DNA of 41,339 nt from Gemmatimonadota bacterium (GCA_041612005.1 JBFILW010000003.1:1-41339), one strand, 5' to 3'; shown: positions 28,689-36,823, numbered from the stretch's first letter. The notes: a model not told the origin generated them from the sequence alone. Numbers and translations are program-made.

Positions 28689-29533
28689 CGGGGCACCTGC
28701 TGCGGCTGTTTCCCGTGGTTGAACACGAGCCGGGCGATGTCGCTCGCGCACGCGACGCGCGGATTCTCGCCCGCCCGGCACTCGGCGATCCGCGCCGCCA
28801 TCTGTCGGACGCTCAGCTCGACCGGCAGCCACGGCACCTCGAGCACGAACAGGGGCGCCGCTCGCGTCGCGTCTTCCCACGCCTCGATGGTGGCCACGCG
28901 CGGATCCACGCCCCGAGACTCGCTGAACCAGCTGGTGAGCTCGTGGTGCTCGCTGCTGTAATTGAAGCCGGTCTCGAAAAGGCAGCTGAGCAGCGCCTGC
29001 AACGCGCAGCGCATGCGCTCGCCGTTGTCCCGGGTCGCCTGGAGCTTCTCGAAGTCCAGGTGCTGGGTGCAGATCCACGACAGCGGTCTGTTCCGCCTGT
29101 CGGGCCCGAACTTCGAGCAGTTGAGCAGGGCCGGGTAGCACAGCGCATCGTCGAGGCTCTGCATCGGCTCGTTTCGAAAGAAGCACTCGTTGGCGCCGGT
29201 GAGCTGTGGCCGCCCGCGCCGGTCGGCCGCGAAGACGGCGAACACGATCACGTAAGGCAGTGCGATGGTCACGTCGCGGTAAGTCGTGCCCTTGCCGTAG
29301 GGCGCCGGCGAGTCCTCGGCGATCCAGCGCAGGCGGTGCACCCGGGGCGATGTCTGGTGCACCCACACGGTCAGCGGGCCGCTGCGGAACTCGCGCTTGA
29401 GCCCGTCGGGGTACACGGCGTCGAGCGGGCGCGGCGAGAGCAGCTCCACCAGGCGCTCGACCTCGAGCGAGGCCGTCTGGCCCTCGGGCGAGGTCGCAAT
29501 CACCTGCGAGTGATCGATGGTGACGGTTTCCAC
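28685..29533 (-). CDS. E2-like (UBC fold) protein, Prok-E2_D / PRTRC protein B-like (module B)
   Basis: IALPYVIVF, CFFRNEP..SLDD.L.YPALLN...WIC (candidate catalytic Cys) and FETGFN. Position between Ubl and JAB supports the call. Confidence 0.65.
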   Translation of the reverse strand: METVTIDHSQVIATSPEGQTASLEVERLVELLSPRPLDAVYPDGLKREFRSGPLTVWVHQTSPRVHRLRWIAEDSPAPYGKGTTYRDVTIALPYVIVFAVFAADRRGRPQLTGANECFFRNEPMQSLDDALCYPALLNCSKFGPDRRNRPLSWICTQHLDFEKLQATRDNGERMRCALQALLSCLFETGFNYSSEHHELTSWFSESRGVDPRVATIEAWEDATRAAPLFVLEVPWLPVELSVRQMAARIAECRAGENPRVACASDIARLVFNHGKQPQQVPR

Positions 29534-29539
29534 GCCCGG

Positions 29540-29866
29540 CTACCTCAGGCAGTGCGCCCGGCTCGGGTCGCCCTTCTCGCCGGCACGCATGACGAAGGAA
29601 AGCGTCTGACCGACGCGGATCCGCGTACTCTCGTCGACCGGATCGCCGTCGAGGATGGCCTGGCTGGCCGGGCCGATGTCGAACCGGTCCTGGTAGCGCT
29701 CGCGCACCGCCTGCACGGTCATCCCGGCGACCGGCAAGGTTTCGGCATAAGGGCCGTGCGTCACGGTGGCGACGCCCGCGGGCGCCGCGTCGGCGGCCAG
29801 CGAATCCCCAAGCCCAGCGGGCCCCGACAGGGTGTCCAGAGTTGGCCGCAATTCGCGCTCGCTCAT
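29540..29866 (-). CDS. Ubiquitin-like beta-grasp protein with C-terminal extension (Ubl-B)
   Basis: GMTVQAVR...DI...AILDG..V.....I..GQTLSF..RAGEKG, then a 9-aa tail DPSRAHCLR. RBS GAGGAG. Confidence 0.8.
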   Translation of the reverse strand: MSERELRPTLDTLSGPAGLGDSLAADAAPAGVATVTHGPYAETLPVAGMTVQAVRERYQDRFDIGPASQAILDGDPVDESTRIRVGQTLSFVMRAGEKGDPSRAHCLR

Positions 29867-29907
29867 GGTGCTGCTCCTCGGTGCTATCTGCTTCTCGCCG
29901 CCCGTGC

Positions 29908-31653
29908 TCAGGCGACCCGTTCGATCTCGTAGGGCTGGACCGCGCGCGGGGCGGGTCGGTGCAGGCTCGCAACGCGCACCCCGTCGGGGAGATCGAGATA
30001 CTGGTGGGCGTTGGCCTCGGTGAGCTGGTCGACCGTGGCGCGCGCCACCGCCTCGATCGCGCCGAGCAGCGTTGCCCGGTCGAGTGTCGCGGGTGCGTTG
30101 TCCGCCGCCTCGCGCAGGCAGCCGGCCTCCGCGGCGCGCTGCACGGCGAGGTCGATGTGCGCCGCGGTCAGGAAATCGGCGACCGACTTCGCGACCCGCG
30201 AGGTCGAACCCGCGAACGTGAGCTCGATGAGCGGCTGCCGGGCGTGCGCAGGCCCATGCACCCAGCTCGACACCTCGGCGACCAGCCGCTGGCGGGCCTC
30301 CGGCTCCGTCTCGCCAGGCTCACACGCGATCGGCCGGCCGACGAGCTGCTTGTCGAGCACGGGCATGAACTCGCGGCGCGTGAGGCGCCCGAACCGCTCG
30401 ACGGATCCCCCGACGCGGCGCAGGAACGCCGGGTCGACGAGGTGGGCGACGTTGGTCGTCGCGACGAAGAGGATCAGGCGATCACTGACGCACGCGTGCG
30501 TCGCGTCGAGCCGCTGCAACATCGTCGTCAGGATGCGGTCGTGGACCGGCTCCCCGCCGCGCCCGCGGGCGACCCCGTCGGCTTCCTCGAGGATCACGAG
30601 CACCGGCAGCCGAAAGCGGCGGCCGTCACCCGTCACGAACTCTTCGTCGGCCAGCTGCTCCATCTCATCGAAGAACCGGGCCAGGTTCTTGTCCGAATCG
30701 CCGAGCCACTTGCTGAGGAACTCTGCCGGGCGCAGCCGCATCACGCGCGGCGGCAGCGCTTCGACCGGCACCCCGGTGTGCTCCGACATGAGCTCGTAGA
30801 GCCCCCGCCACAGGGCGAGGATGCTGAAGCTCTTGCCCGAGCCGCTGACGCCTGCGAGCAGCCGCGTGACGCTCCGGCGGAGCCGCCAGCGCCGGCGGAG
30901 CCCCGGATTCTCGAGCTCCTGGCGGACGATGGCGAGCAGCTCCGCGATGTAGGGTGGCGGCGCGCCGAGGTCCCGCGCGGCGTCGACCTCCGGCACCGGC
31001 ACGCGCGCCAGGAAGCGGTAGTGTGAATGCCCGTCGGCAGGCGGCAGCGCGTCGAACGCCATCATTTGCCGCGGGCTCACCAGCAGTGTGGCGCCGGGCG
31101 CGACGTCTCCGGCCTCGATGCGCCGGGTGAGCGCGGCGGCGGCAAAGTAGACGGCCCGCGCGTCGCCGCGCCCCGTCACCTCCACGCGGCCGCCGTCGAG
31201 CACGAGTTCCAGGCGGGCTTCCTCACCGGTCTCGGGCGGCGCCGGATCGCGGAACAGGAGCGCCTTGCCGCTGGTCTCCAGGAACACCGTGTCCCCGCGC
31301 TGCAGGAGATCGGCCAGCGCCCGGTCCGGGATCGGGACGGACGCCGAAGAGCCGTCGTCCAGCAGCACCCTGGCGCGCGGCGCGCCGCCGTCCGCCTGGT
31401 GCAGCGCCAGGAAGATCGCCGTGCGCAGCGCCCCCCGCTCGAGATCCTGTCGCACGGCCTCCAGCTCGGCGAGCTTCACCTCGTAGTTCGCGGCGCTGTT
31501 TCCCGCGGCGGCGGCCTCGAGCACCTTCGCGATGACGCTGGATGACGCCTCGCTGTCGTCCATGCACAGCTGCGCGAGTAGCTGCTTGCGGTGCCCGGCG
31601 GGCACGTCGGCGTCGGTGAGCACGCTCAACATCTTGTCTTTTCGTCTGGCCAT
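29908..31653 (-). CDS. ARC/Mpa-like (proteasomal-type) AAA+ ATPase
   Basis: N-terminal helical/coiled-coil region, two OB-like segments (LQRGDTVFL, APGATLLV), Walker A GVSGSGKS, pore loop EFLSKWLGDSDK, Walker B VILEEAD, and ATTN...VDPAFLRR second region of homology. Confidence 0.8.
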   Translation of the reverse strand: MARRKDKMLSVLTDADVPAGHRKQLLAQLCMDDSEASSSVIAKVLEAAAAGNSAANYEVKLAELEAVRQDLERGALRTAIFLALHQADGGAPRARVLLDDGSSASVPIPDRALADLLQRGDTVFLETSGKALLFRDPAPPETGEEARLELVLDGGRVEVTGRGDARAVYFAAAALTRRIEAGDVAPGATLLVSPRQMMAFDALPPADGHSHYRFLARVPVPEVDAARDLGAPPPYIAELLAIVRQELENPGLRRRWRLRRSVTRLLAGVSGSGKSFSILALWRGLYELMSEHTGVPVEALPPRVMRLRPAEFLSKWLGDSDKNLARFFDEMEQLADEEFVTGDGRRFRLPVLVILEEADGVARGRGGEPVHDRILTTMLQRLDATHACVSDRLILFVATTNVAHLVDPAFLRRVGGSVERFGRLTRREFMPVLDKQLVGRPIACEPGETEPEARQRLVAEVSSWVHGPAHARQPLIELTFAGSTSRVAKSVADFLTAAHIDLAVQRAAEAGCLREAADNAPATLDRATLLGAIEAVARATVDQLTEANAHQYLDLPDGVRVASLHRPAPRAVQPYEIERVA

Positions 31654-31655
31654 CG

Positions 31656-32780
31656 TCAGCACCCCTCCGGGTCGAAGTCTTCGAGCACGTGGTACCCGCG
31701 TTCGAGCAGCCGCCCGTCGCGCAGCCCGAACAATCCCTGGTCGCGCTCGTGCCGCGCGTTCAGCCCGAAGATATGGCAGAGCTGCCAGGGCTGACGGCGG
31801 AACACGGCCCGGTTCCAGTTCCAGTCGTCGAGGGAAACGAACACGGAGCTCCGCGTGCACACGGTGCGTCTTGCGCAGTCCGGGCAGGGCGGCGCACCGT
31901 CGGCGGGAATGAAGTTGTGGCCGTGGCACTGGCCGACGATACGCAGACCGCGGGTCGCGGCGTGACGCTGCCTCGCCTCCATCACGGCTCGGATGCGCGT
32001 CCAGGTGCGTGCGGAGAAGGCAAGCGAGTAGGCGGTCTGATCCGCGTCCTGCGCCTCGAGCACCTCGACCACGACGGCGAAGAAATCGCCGCTCACGGGA
32101 CAGCTGCACAGGAAACCGACGAGCACCCCGCCGGTCTCGACGGGTGGGTGATGTTCGGCGCCGCGGCGCGCGCAGCGCTCCGCGGCGGCAAGGGCCGCGG
32201 CGGTGTAGAAGACGCCGTACGGGCTCGGCGTGGCGGCCGCGGGGCCGACCGGCCTGGCACGGCGAAGGAGCGGCGCGAGCTCGATCGCGAGCGGTTCCAA
32301 TGGTCGCGTCTGCACCTCGGGCAGGCTCACGTCGAGCGGCCTACCTGCACCGGCGCCCGCTGCTTCGTCGCACGCGATGTGGTAATAGAAGACGTCTCTC
32401 GCCTGCAGTTTCCCCTCGCCGGCCATGCGCTCGGCGGCACGCCGCGCAACGTGCTCGAGGCTGAACACGGAAAAGCGACGCTGCACGGTGCGCCCGTCTG
32501 CCCCGGGCGACTCCAGGAAGTAGCCCGTGCATGCCTGCCCGGAACCGGCGCGCTCCGGCCGCAGCCGGACCGGCACCTCATCGAGCGCGGTCCCGGTGTC
32601 GCCGTTGCGCAGCGACTCTTCGAGCCACAACTCGCTGACCGCGTCGACCAGGTCGCTCGGGCCGACCGGCTCGCGCGCCAGCTCGGGGCCGTCCTGCGCG
32701 AGGCGGAGCACGATCGCGAGCAGGGGCGAGGCGGCGCGCTCCGCGCCGCCTCGTGCGCCGATGGTGCCGGGTTGCGTCAC
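31656..32780 (-). CDS. JAB/MPN metallopeptidase with N-terminal domain and Cys-rich insert (module A)
   Basis: VETGGVLVG (catalytic Glu); IVGQCHGH; insert CPDC..C; FVSLDD; F..PWQ. GTG start. Confidence 0.78.
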   Translation of the reverse strand: MTQPGTIGARGGAERAASPLLAIVLRLAQDGPELAREPVGPSDLVDAVSELWLEESLRNGDTGTALDEVPVRLRPERAGSGQACTGYFLESPGADGRTVQRRFSVFSLEHVARRAAERMAGEGKLQARDVFYYHIACDEAAGAGAGRPLDVSLPEVQTRPLEPLAIELAPLLRRARPVGPAAATPSPYGVFYTAAALAAAERCARRGAEHHPPVETGGVLVGFLCSCPVSGDFFAVVVEVLEAQDADQTAYSLAFSARTWTRIRAVMEARQRHAATRGLRIVGQCHGHNFIPADGAPPCPDCARRTVCTRSSVFVSLDDWNWNRAVFRRQPWQLCHIFGLNARHERDQGLFGLRDGRLLERGYHVLEDFDPEGC

Positions 32781-32786
32781 GGCGGA

Positions 32787-33077
32787 TCAGCCGAGATGGG
32801 TCCGCGGCGTAATCGCGACCCGGGCGTCCGGGACGATCTGATCGCCGATGGCCACGTCGTCGTCCAGGTAGACGCTGGTCGACTCGTCGCGCAGCGCCCA
32901 CGGCACGTTGTCGGGCAACGACATCCGGTCGGCGACCGTGCGTGCCACGGCGGATGCCGGCAGGCTCGACTGCAGGTCCCCGACCTCGAGCTCGTTGGTG
33001 CCGGTCACGTCGGTGGCGATGAAGCGGAAGGCGTCCTGTGCGCCCGGTCCGGCGGCGGTCGTGTCGAGTGCGGTCAT
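32787..33077 (-). CDS. Ubiquitin-like beta-grasp protein ending in Gly (Ubl-A)
   Basis: 96 aa; RBS AGGAG. Strand-strand-helix-strand pattern (FRFIATDVTG, VARTVADRMSLP, WALRD, LDDD..IGD, VAITP) ending in THLG-stop; operon context supports the call. Confidence 0.72.
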   Translation of the reverse strand: MTALDTTAAGPGAQDAFRFIATDVTGTNELEVGDLQSSLPASAVARTVADRMSLPDNVPWALRDESTSVYLDDDVAIGDQIVPDARVAITPRTHLG

Positions 33078-33108
33078 CTTGTGTACTCCTGTATTGTCGG
33101 CCCGGGCA

Positions 33109-33918
33109 CTATGCCCAGCCGGGTTGAAGCGTGGCGTCCGCGCATGCATGCGTGACGTCCACGAGAAACTGAACGGGCTCGAGCACCCAGGCGACCACCC
33201 AGCGCAAGGCGTCGACCGCGATCGGCAGAAGGGCCTCGAGCACCGGCGGCGGGGCGCCCGTGAGATCGATCTCCGCCCGGATGCCCCCGTCCACGAGCCC
33301 GACGCGAGCCAGGCGCCACCGCGACTGGGCGTCGGTCAGGACCCGGCCGAGCCATGCCCGCCGCCCGGCGTCGAGGCCATCGGGGCAGGGGGCGACGGGG
33401 AACTCGACGGCGAGCCGCTGCCGTGAGTGAACGAGCCTGCCTTGCCGCGCAAGGCCGCTGGCACGGACGGTCAGGGCGTCGTCGGGGAGCCACCCCCGAA
33501 CCGTTTCCAGCGGCGGCGGGGACCAATCGCCGAATGCGACTCTTCCCGGGGCGACGCTTCCCGGGCGGGTGGCGCGCGCCCACGCGACGACATCGGCGAA
33601 CACGTTCTGGCCGCCGTCGTCGGCCCGCATGGCGTTGCCGACCCGCAGCGAAGCGAGGGGCACCTCGAAGACGCTGCGCGAGCGCTGCAGGCCCCGCTCG
33701 GCCAACCAGCGCCACAGTCCGGGCTCACCGAGATGGGCGTGCAGTGGCGAGCTGACCACCTGCGAGCACTTCGGCTCGAGAACGGCCCAGCCGGCGGCGA
33801 CGATGAGCCTCATGTCGTCCGACTCGTAGCCGCCCCGGGCGCGGCAGGGTCGAAACCCGATTGTCGCCAGATCTCCGAGCCGGGCATCGGGGGCCGGTGC
33901 GGCCGCAGCCGGGTTCAA
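33109..33918 (-). CDS. Hypothetical protein in the ubiquitin-like operon
   Basis: TTG start overlaps the E2 stop (TTGA) behind GGGAG and the ORF fills the gap. The C-terminal half is weakly reminiscent of YbjN/T3SS-chaperone folds (impression only). Confidence 0.6.
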   Translation of the reverse strand: MNPAAAAPAPDARLGDLATIGFRPCRARGGYESDDMRLIVAAGWAVLEPKCSQVVSSPLHAHLGEPGLWRWLAERGLQRSRSVFEVPLASLRVGNAMRADDGGQNVFADVVAWARATRPGSVAPGRVAFGDWSPPPLETVRGWLPDDALTVRASGLARQGRLVHSRQRLAVEFPVAPCPDGLDAGRRAWLGRVLTDAQSRWRLARVGLVDGGIRAEIDLTGAPPPVLEALLPIAVDALRWVVAWVLEPVQFLVDVTHACADATLQPGWA

Positions 33919-34604
33919 CGCCGCGCTCCCTGCTCGTGCTCCGGATCGGCGAGGAATGGCGCCCGACTGAGCGGTATCCGCCCGGGGTTGTGCTGCCACC
34001 ACCTGGCCGCCTCGACGTTCAGGACGCCGGCGGCGTCGGCTGCGTCGATCTGAAACGTCTGCATCGAGAGCGCGGCGTAGGCCATCAGGATCAGCTCCTT
34101 GACCCGCACGCCGGCGGGCAGCGTGTCGCCAAGGCACAGGCGCTGGACGGGTGGCGCGGAAACCTGTGCGTGCCACACGGGCTGCGGGCTCAGGATCGTG
34201 ATGAACGCGTAGCCGGGCTGCGCCTCGAGCAGGGCGGCGAGTGGATAGCACAGGCCGAGCACCGCGCCGCCGACGATCTCGATGTCGCCGTCGCCCGGCT
34301 CCCGCGTCGCCACCGGCACCCGCAGCTCGCAGAGCGCCTTGAGCTCGTCCCCGAGTGAGAGCTGATGGACCGTCAGCCGGCGCGGCGCCCGCTCACAGAG
34401 CGCCAGCAGCTCCCTGGCTTCGGCCGACTTGCGCCTCACCCAGAAGCTCGAGCCGGCGGCGCTCGCGCAGGCCACGCCGAGCAGACGCCGATTGCGCGGG
34501 CTGAGGCGCTGGCGGCCCAGCCCGACGAGCCCGTCGGGATGGCGGACCTCGCCCTTCGCGGGCGTGCGGCGTCTCACTTCGTTCGCTTCGTGTCCGGATC
34601 GCAT
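33915..34604 (-). CDS. E2-like (UBC fold) conjugating enzyme (module A)
   Basis: RBS GGAGG. YP...P motif; PVWHAQVS....RLCLG (variant of HPN...IC with Cys retained); C-terminal LNVEAARW...PL. Confidence 0.78.
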   Translation of the reverse strand: MRSGHEANEVRRRTPAKGEVRHPDGLVGLGRQRLSPRNRRLLGVACASAAGSSFWVRRKSAEARELLALCERAPRRLTVHQLSLGDELKALCELRVPVATREPGDGDIEIVGGAVLGLCYPLAALLEAQPGYAFITILSPQPVWHAQVSAPPVQRLCLGDTLPAGVRVKELILMAYAALSMQTFQIDAADAAGVLNVEAARWWQHNPGRIPLSRAPFLADPEHEQGARR

Positions 34605-34618
34605 GATTGACCTCCATC

Positions 34619-35860
34619 TCACTCCTGGCTGAACAGCGCCGCGCGCTCGCCCTGCTGGACGACGACCCAGCGCGGTGTCTCGCTGCAGAGATGGCCGAGG
34701 GGGCGGTCGAGCAGCGGCCGCAACACCTCTTCCGGCGCCCGGCGGTGGGCGTGCAGAGGGTGGGCCACGAGCTCGAGCCTGCAGCTTCGGCAGCGCCCGA
34801 TCGGCGCCGCCTGCGGCACGAACCGGTCGAACGGCTGCGTGTGGCCGTTGCCGCAGATCGCGGTCGCGACGAAGCACATGTGCTCGACCTGGAAGATGCT
34901 GCGCCGGCTCGACTCGAAGCCGGCGTCGCGAAGCAGCCTGGCCGGCGTGCAGCTCGGCAGCGGCGCCGAGGCGCTGGCCCGGGCCCAGGTCACGTGCTCC
35001 ACCGGACAGTTCGGGTTTCGCAGGAGCGGCGAGATCACCGTCCGATGGGTGTACCCGTTGTACTCGAGCATCGTGTCGGCGACCGGGGCGCCCAGGCCGA
35101 GCGCGCCGCGCAGGACTTGCATCGTCGCGAGATCGGCAGCGAGCGCGCACAGGGCGCTGACGCTGCTGGTCGGCGCGGACGACGTGCTGGCGGCCGGCCG
35201 GGCATCCGCCGCGGCTTCGCAGCTGAAACGGGTCTCCCGGTTGACCAGACTCCACTCGGCGGCGCCATACAGGCAGACTCCGCAAGGCGAATCCGGGCCG
35301 GCATTGGAGAAGCAGCGCACCTGCGCCGTGAGCGACTCGCCGTGGACGGCCGCGTGGATCAGCAGCATCTCGAGGTGGACGGCGAGCTGCGCCGCCGCCA
35401 CTTCGGCCCGCAGGTTGTCGGTGGCGAGGACCATGGCGTCGACGCCACGGAAGTCGGCCACGTCCAGATCCTCCAGCCGGCCGATGCGGTAGAAGACGCG
35501 CGTGCCGGGGCTGATCTGCTTGCAGAACCGTGCGGTGCTGCCCGCCTTGTGCTCGCCGACGTCGTCGACGGCGATCGGCTGGGTCAGCAGGCTCTCCGGC
35601 TTGTAGATGGCCGGGTCGACGAGCAGCAACCTCGCGACACCCATTCGCGCCAGCGCGATGGCGACCCCGCGCCCGACCGCGCCTTGCCCCAAGACCACGA
35701 CGACCAGCTCGCGGACCGCCGCGGCGGCTTCTCCGGGCGCGGTGCCGATGAGCACCGGCATGCGTGCATCGCGCGCCGGCATCCAGCCGGGGATCGAATC
35801 CGCCGGGATGATCATCTCGGCGAAGCGGCCATGCGCCGCGTCATTCGACGACGGGCACAT
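34619..35860 (-). CDS. E1-like / ThiF-MoeB family enzyme with C-terminal Zn-binding extension (module A)
   Basis: VLGQGAVG; LLLVD; GEHKA; LATDN; PCGVCLY; candidate catalytic Cys in RFSCE; NPNCPVEH; extra CGNGH...CRSC. Start uncertain. Confidence 0.85.
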   Translation of the reverse strand: MCPSSNDAAHGRFAEMIIPADSIPGWMPARDARMPVLIGTAPGEAAAAVRELVVVVLGQGAVGRGVAIALARMGVARLLLVDPAIYKPESLLTQPIAVDDVGEHKAGSTARFCKQISPGTRVFYRIGRLEDLDVADFRGVDAMVLATDNLRAEVAAAQLAVHLEMLLIHAAVHGESLTAQVRCFSNAGPDSPCGVCLYGAAEWSLVNRETRFSCEAAADARPAASTSSAPTSSVSALCALAADLATMQVLRGALGLGAPVADTMLEYNGYTHRTVISPLLRNPNCPVEHVTWARASASAPLPSCTPARLLRDAGFESSRRSIFQVEHMCFVATAICGNGHTQPFDRFVPQAAPIGRCRSCRLELVAHPLHAHRRAPEEVLRPLLDRPLGHLCSETPRWVVVQQGERAALFSQE

Positions 35861-36467
35861 CGTCCCAGCGCTCCTCCAGGATCATCGGCCGCTTGCACGC
35901 CGCGCACTCGCGCAGAAGCGTGGCGCATTCCAGCACGTTGCTGCCGTCCTCACCGGGCTCCGATCGCCAGTGCACCGGTCCCCAACCACATGGGCAGACA
36001 TAGACCTCGTCCCGGGCGTCCACCGGCCCGCGGCACAGGGGACACTCGCGCCCGACCATCTTGGCGGTCGCGGGGGCGACGGGCGGCTTGGTGAAGCTCG
36101 CCACGTGCAGCAGCCGACCGCGGACCAGCATCTGGTCTCCACTACGCAAGAACCCGAGCGGCGGCATCGGCGTACCGTTGACGCGCGGTGCGCCTTCGCA
36201 CGCGGGCGATTGCTGCACCAGCACCAGCGGTTGTGGGCCGGCGTCGACGACCTCCAGCACCATCTTCGCGTCACCGCGCACCGAGCGCGCGAGCAGCTCG
36301 GGCACCCCGGCGGCACCGAAGCGCAGGTAGCGCGGTGCGCGAAGGAGCTCGAGCGCCCTGAGCGGGGCGTCGCCGCCGTCGGCGCTCTCGGTGACCAGGA
36401 AAAGGCGCTGCGCGCCCGGGTGGCGGCGCCGCGAGCGGTCTCCCCGCGTGTCGATCCTATCTGTCAT
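35841..36467 (-). CDS. FHA-like domain plus prokaryotic RING-like finger (candidate E3)
   Basis: RVNG......LRSGDQMLV resembles the FHA C-terminal strands. It is followed by CPLC-x11-CPC-x5-H-x14-C-x6-CAAC. Start is 36467 or 36494. Confidence 0.65.
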   Translation of the reverse strand: MTDRIDTRGDRSRRRHPGAQRLFLVTESADGGDAPLRALELLRAPRYLRFGAAGVPELLARSVRGDAKMVLEVVDAGPQPLVLVQQSPACEGAPRVNGTPMPPLGFLRSGDQMLVRGRLLHVASFTKPPVAPATAKMVGRECPLCRGPVDARDEVYVCPCGWGPVHWRSEPGEDGSNVLECATLLRECAACKRPMILEERWDDVPVVE

Positions 36468-36494
36468 GCGAACTTCTGTAGCCTTTCTTGACAC

Positions 36495-36823
36495 AATTGT
36501 TTACATTCGCGCTCGCCGTGACTCGGTGGCACGCCAGGCTCGAGGAGACTTTTTCCGAGCACGCTAGCACGCAAACTGTCTAAGGCAAGCATGAAATTGT
36601 CGGATTAACAGGGTGTTACAGATATGGTCTCGATTCTCCGAGGATTTTCCAGCTTGTCGCAAAGGGATGCGAACGTGCGCTTCGGATTGCGGCATTCAAC
36701 ATCACAATTTTCAGAAACAAACAATAACTGATCACATGGGACACCAATTTCGAGTCCGCCTGCGTAAACTGTGACGTACTCGCTGCGGGCAATATTCCGG
36801 GCCGCACGAGGAGGATAGAAGCC
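36495..36823. promoter_or_regulatory. AT-rich divergent promoter region
   Basis: Markedly AT-rich non-coding gap between the operon and the regulator. A short palindrome ACAATTGT lies at its left edge (36493-36500). Exact promoters were not resolved. Confidence 0.5.

Noticed and set aside
29985-30015. QYL in the ATPase as an Mpa-type GQYL docking motif
   Set aside because: It is internal, about 28 residues before the stop; the motif must be C-terminal to function.
27121-36494. Operon as thiamine/molybdopterin/cysteine sulfur-carrier biosynthesis (ThiF-ThiS, MoeB-MoaD)
   Set aside because: No biosynthetic enzymes or rhodanese are present, the Ubls lack GG, and E2-like and RING-like genes point to conjugation.
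27121-36494. Type II CBASS/Pycsar or Pup-proteasome locus
   Set aside because: No CD-NTase or cyclase-effector pair in the operon; E1 and E2 are separate genes; no pup, pafA, dop or prcAB in the window.
36488-36510. TTGACA as a sigma70 -35 box
   Set aside because: No credible -10 hexamer at 16-18 bp spacing on that strand.
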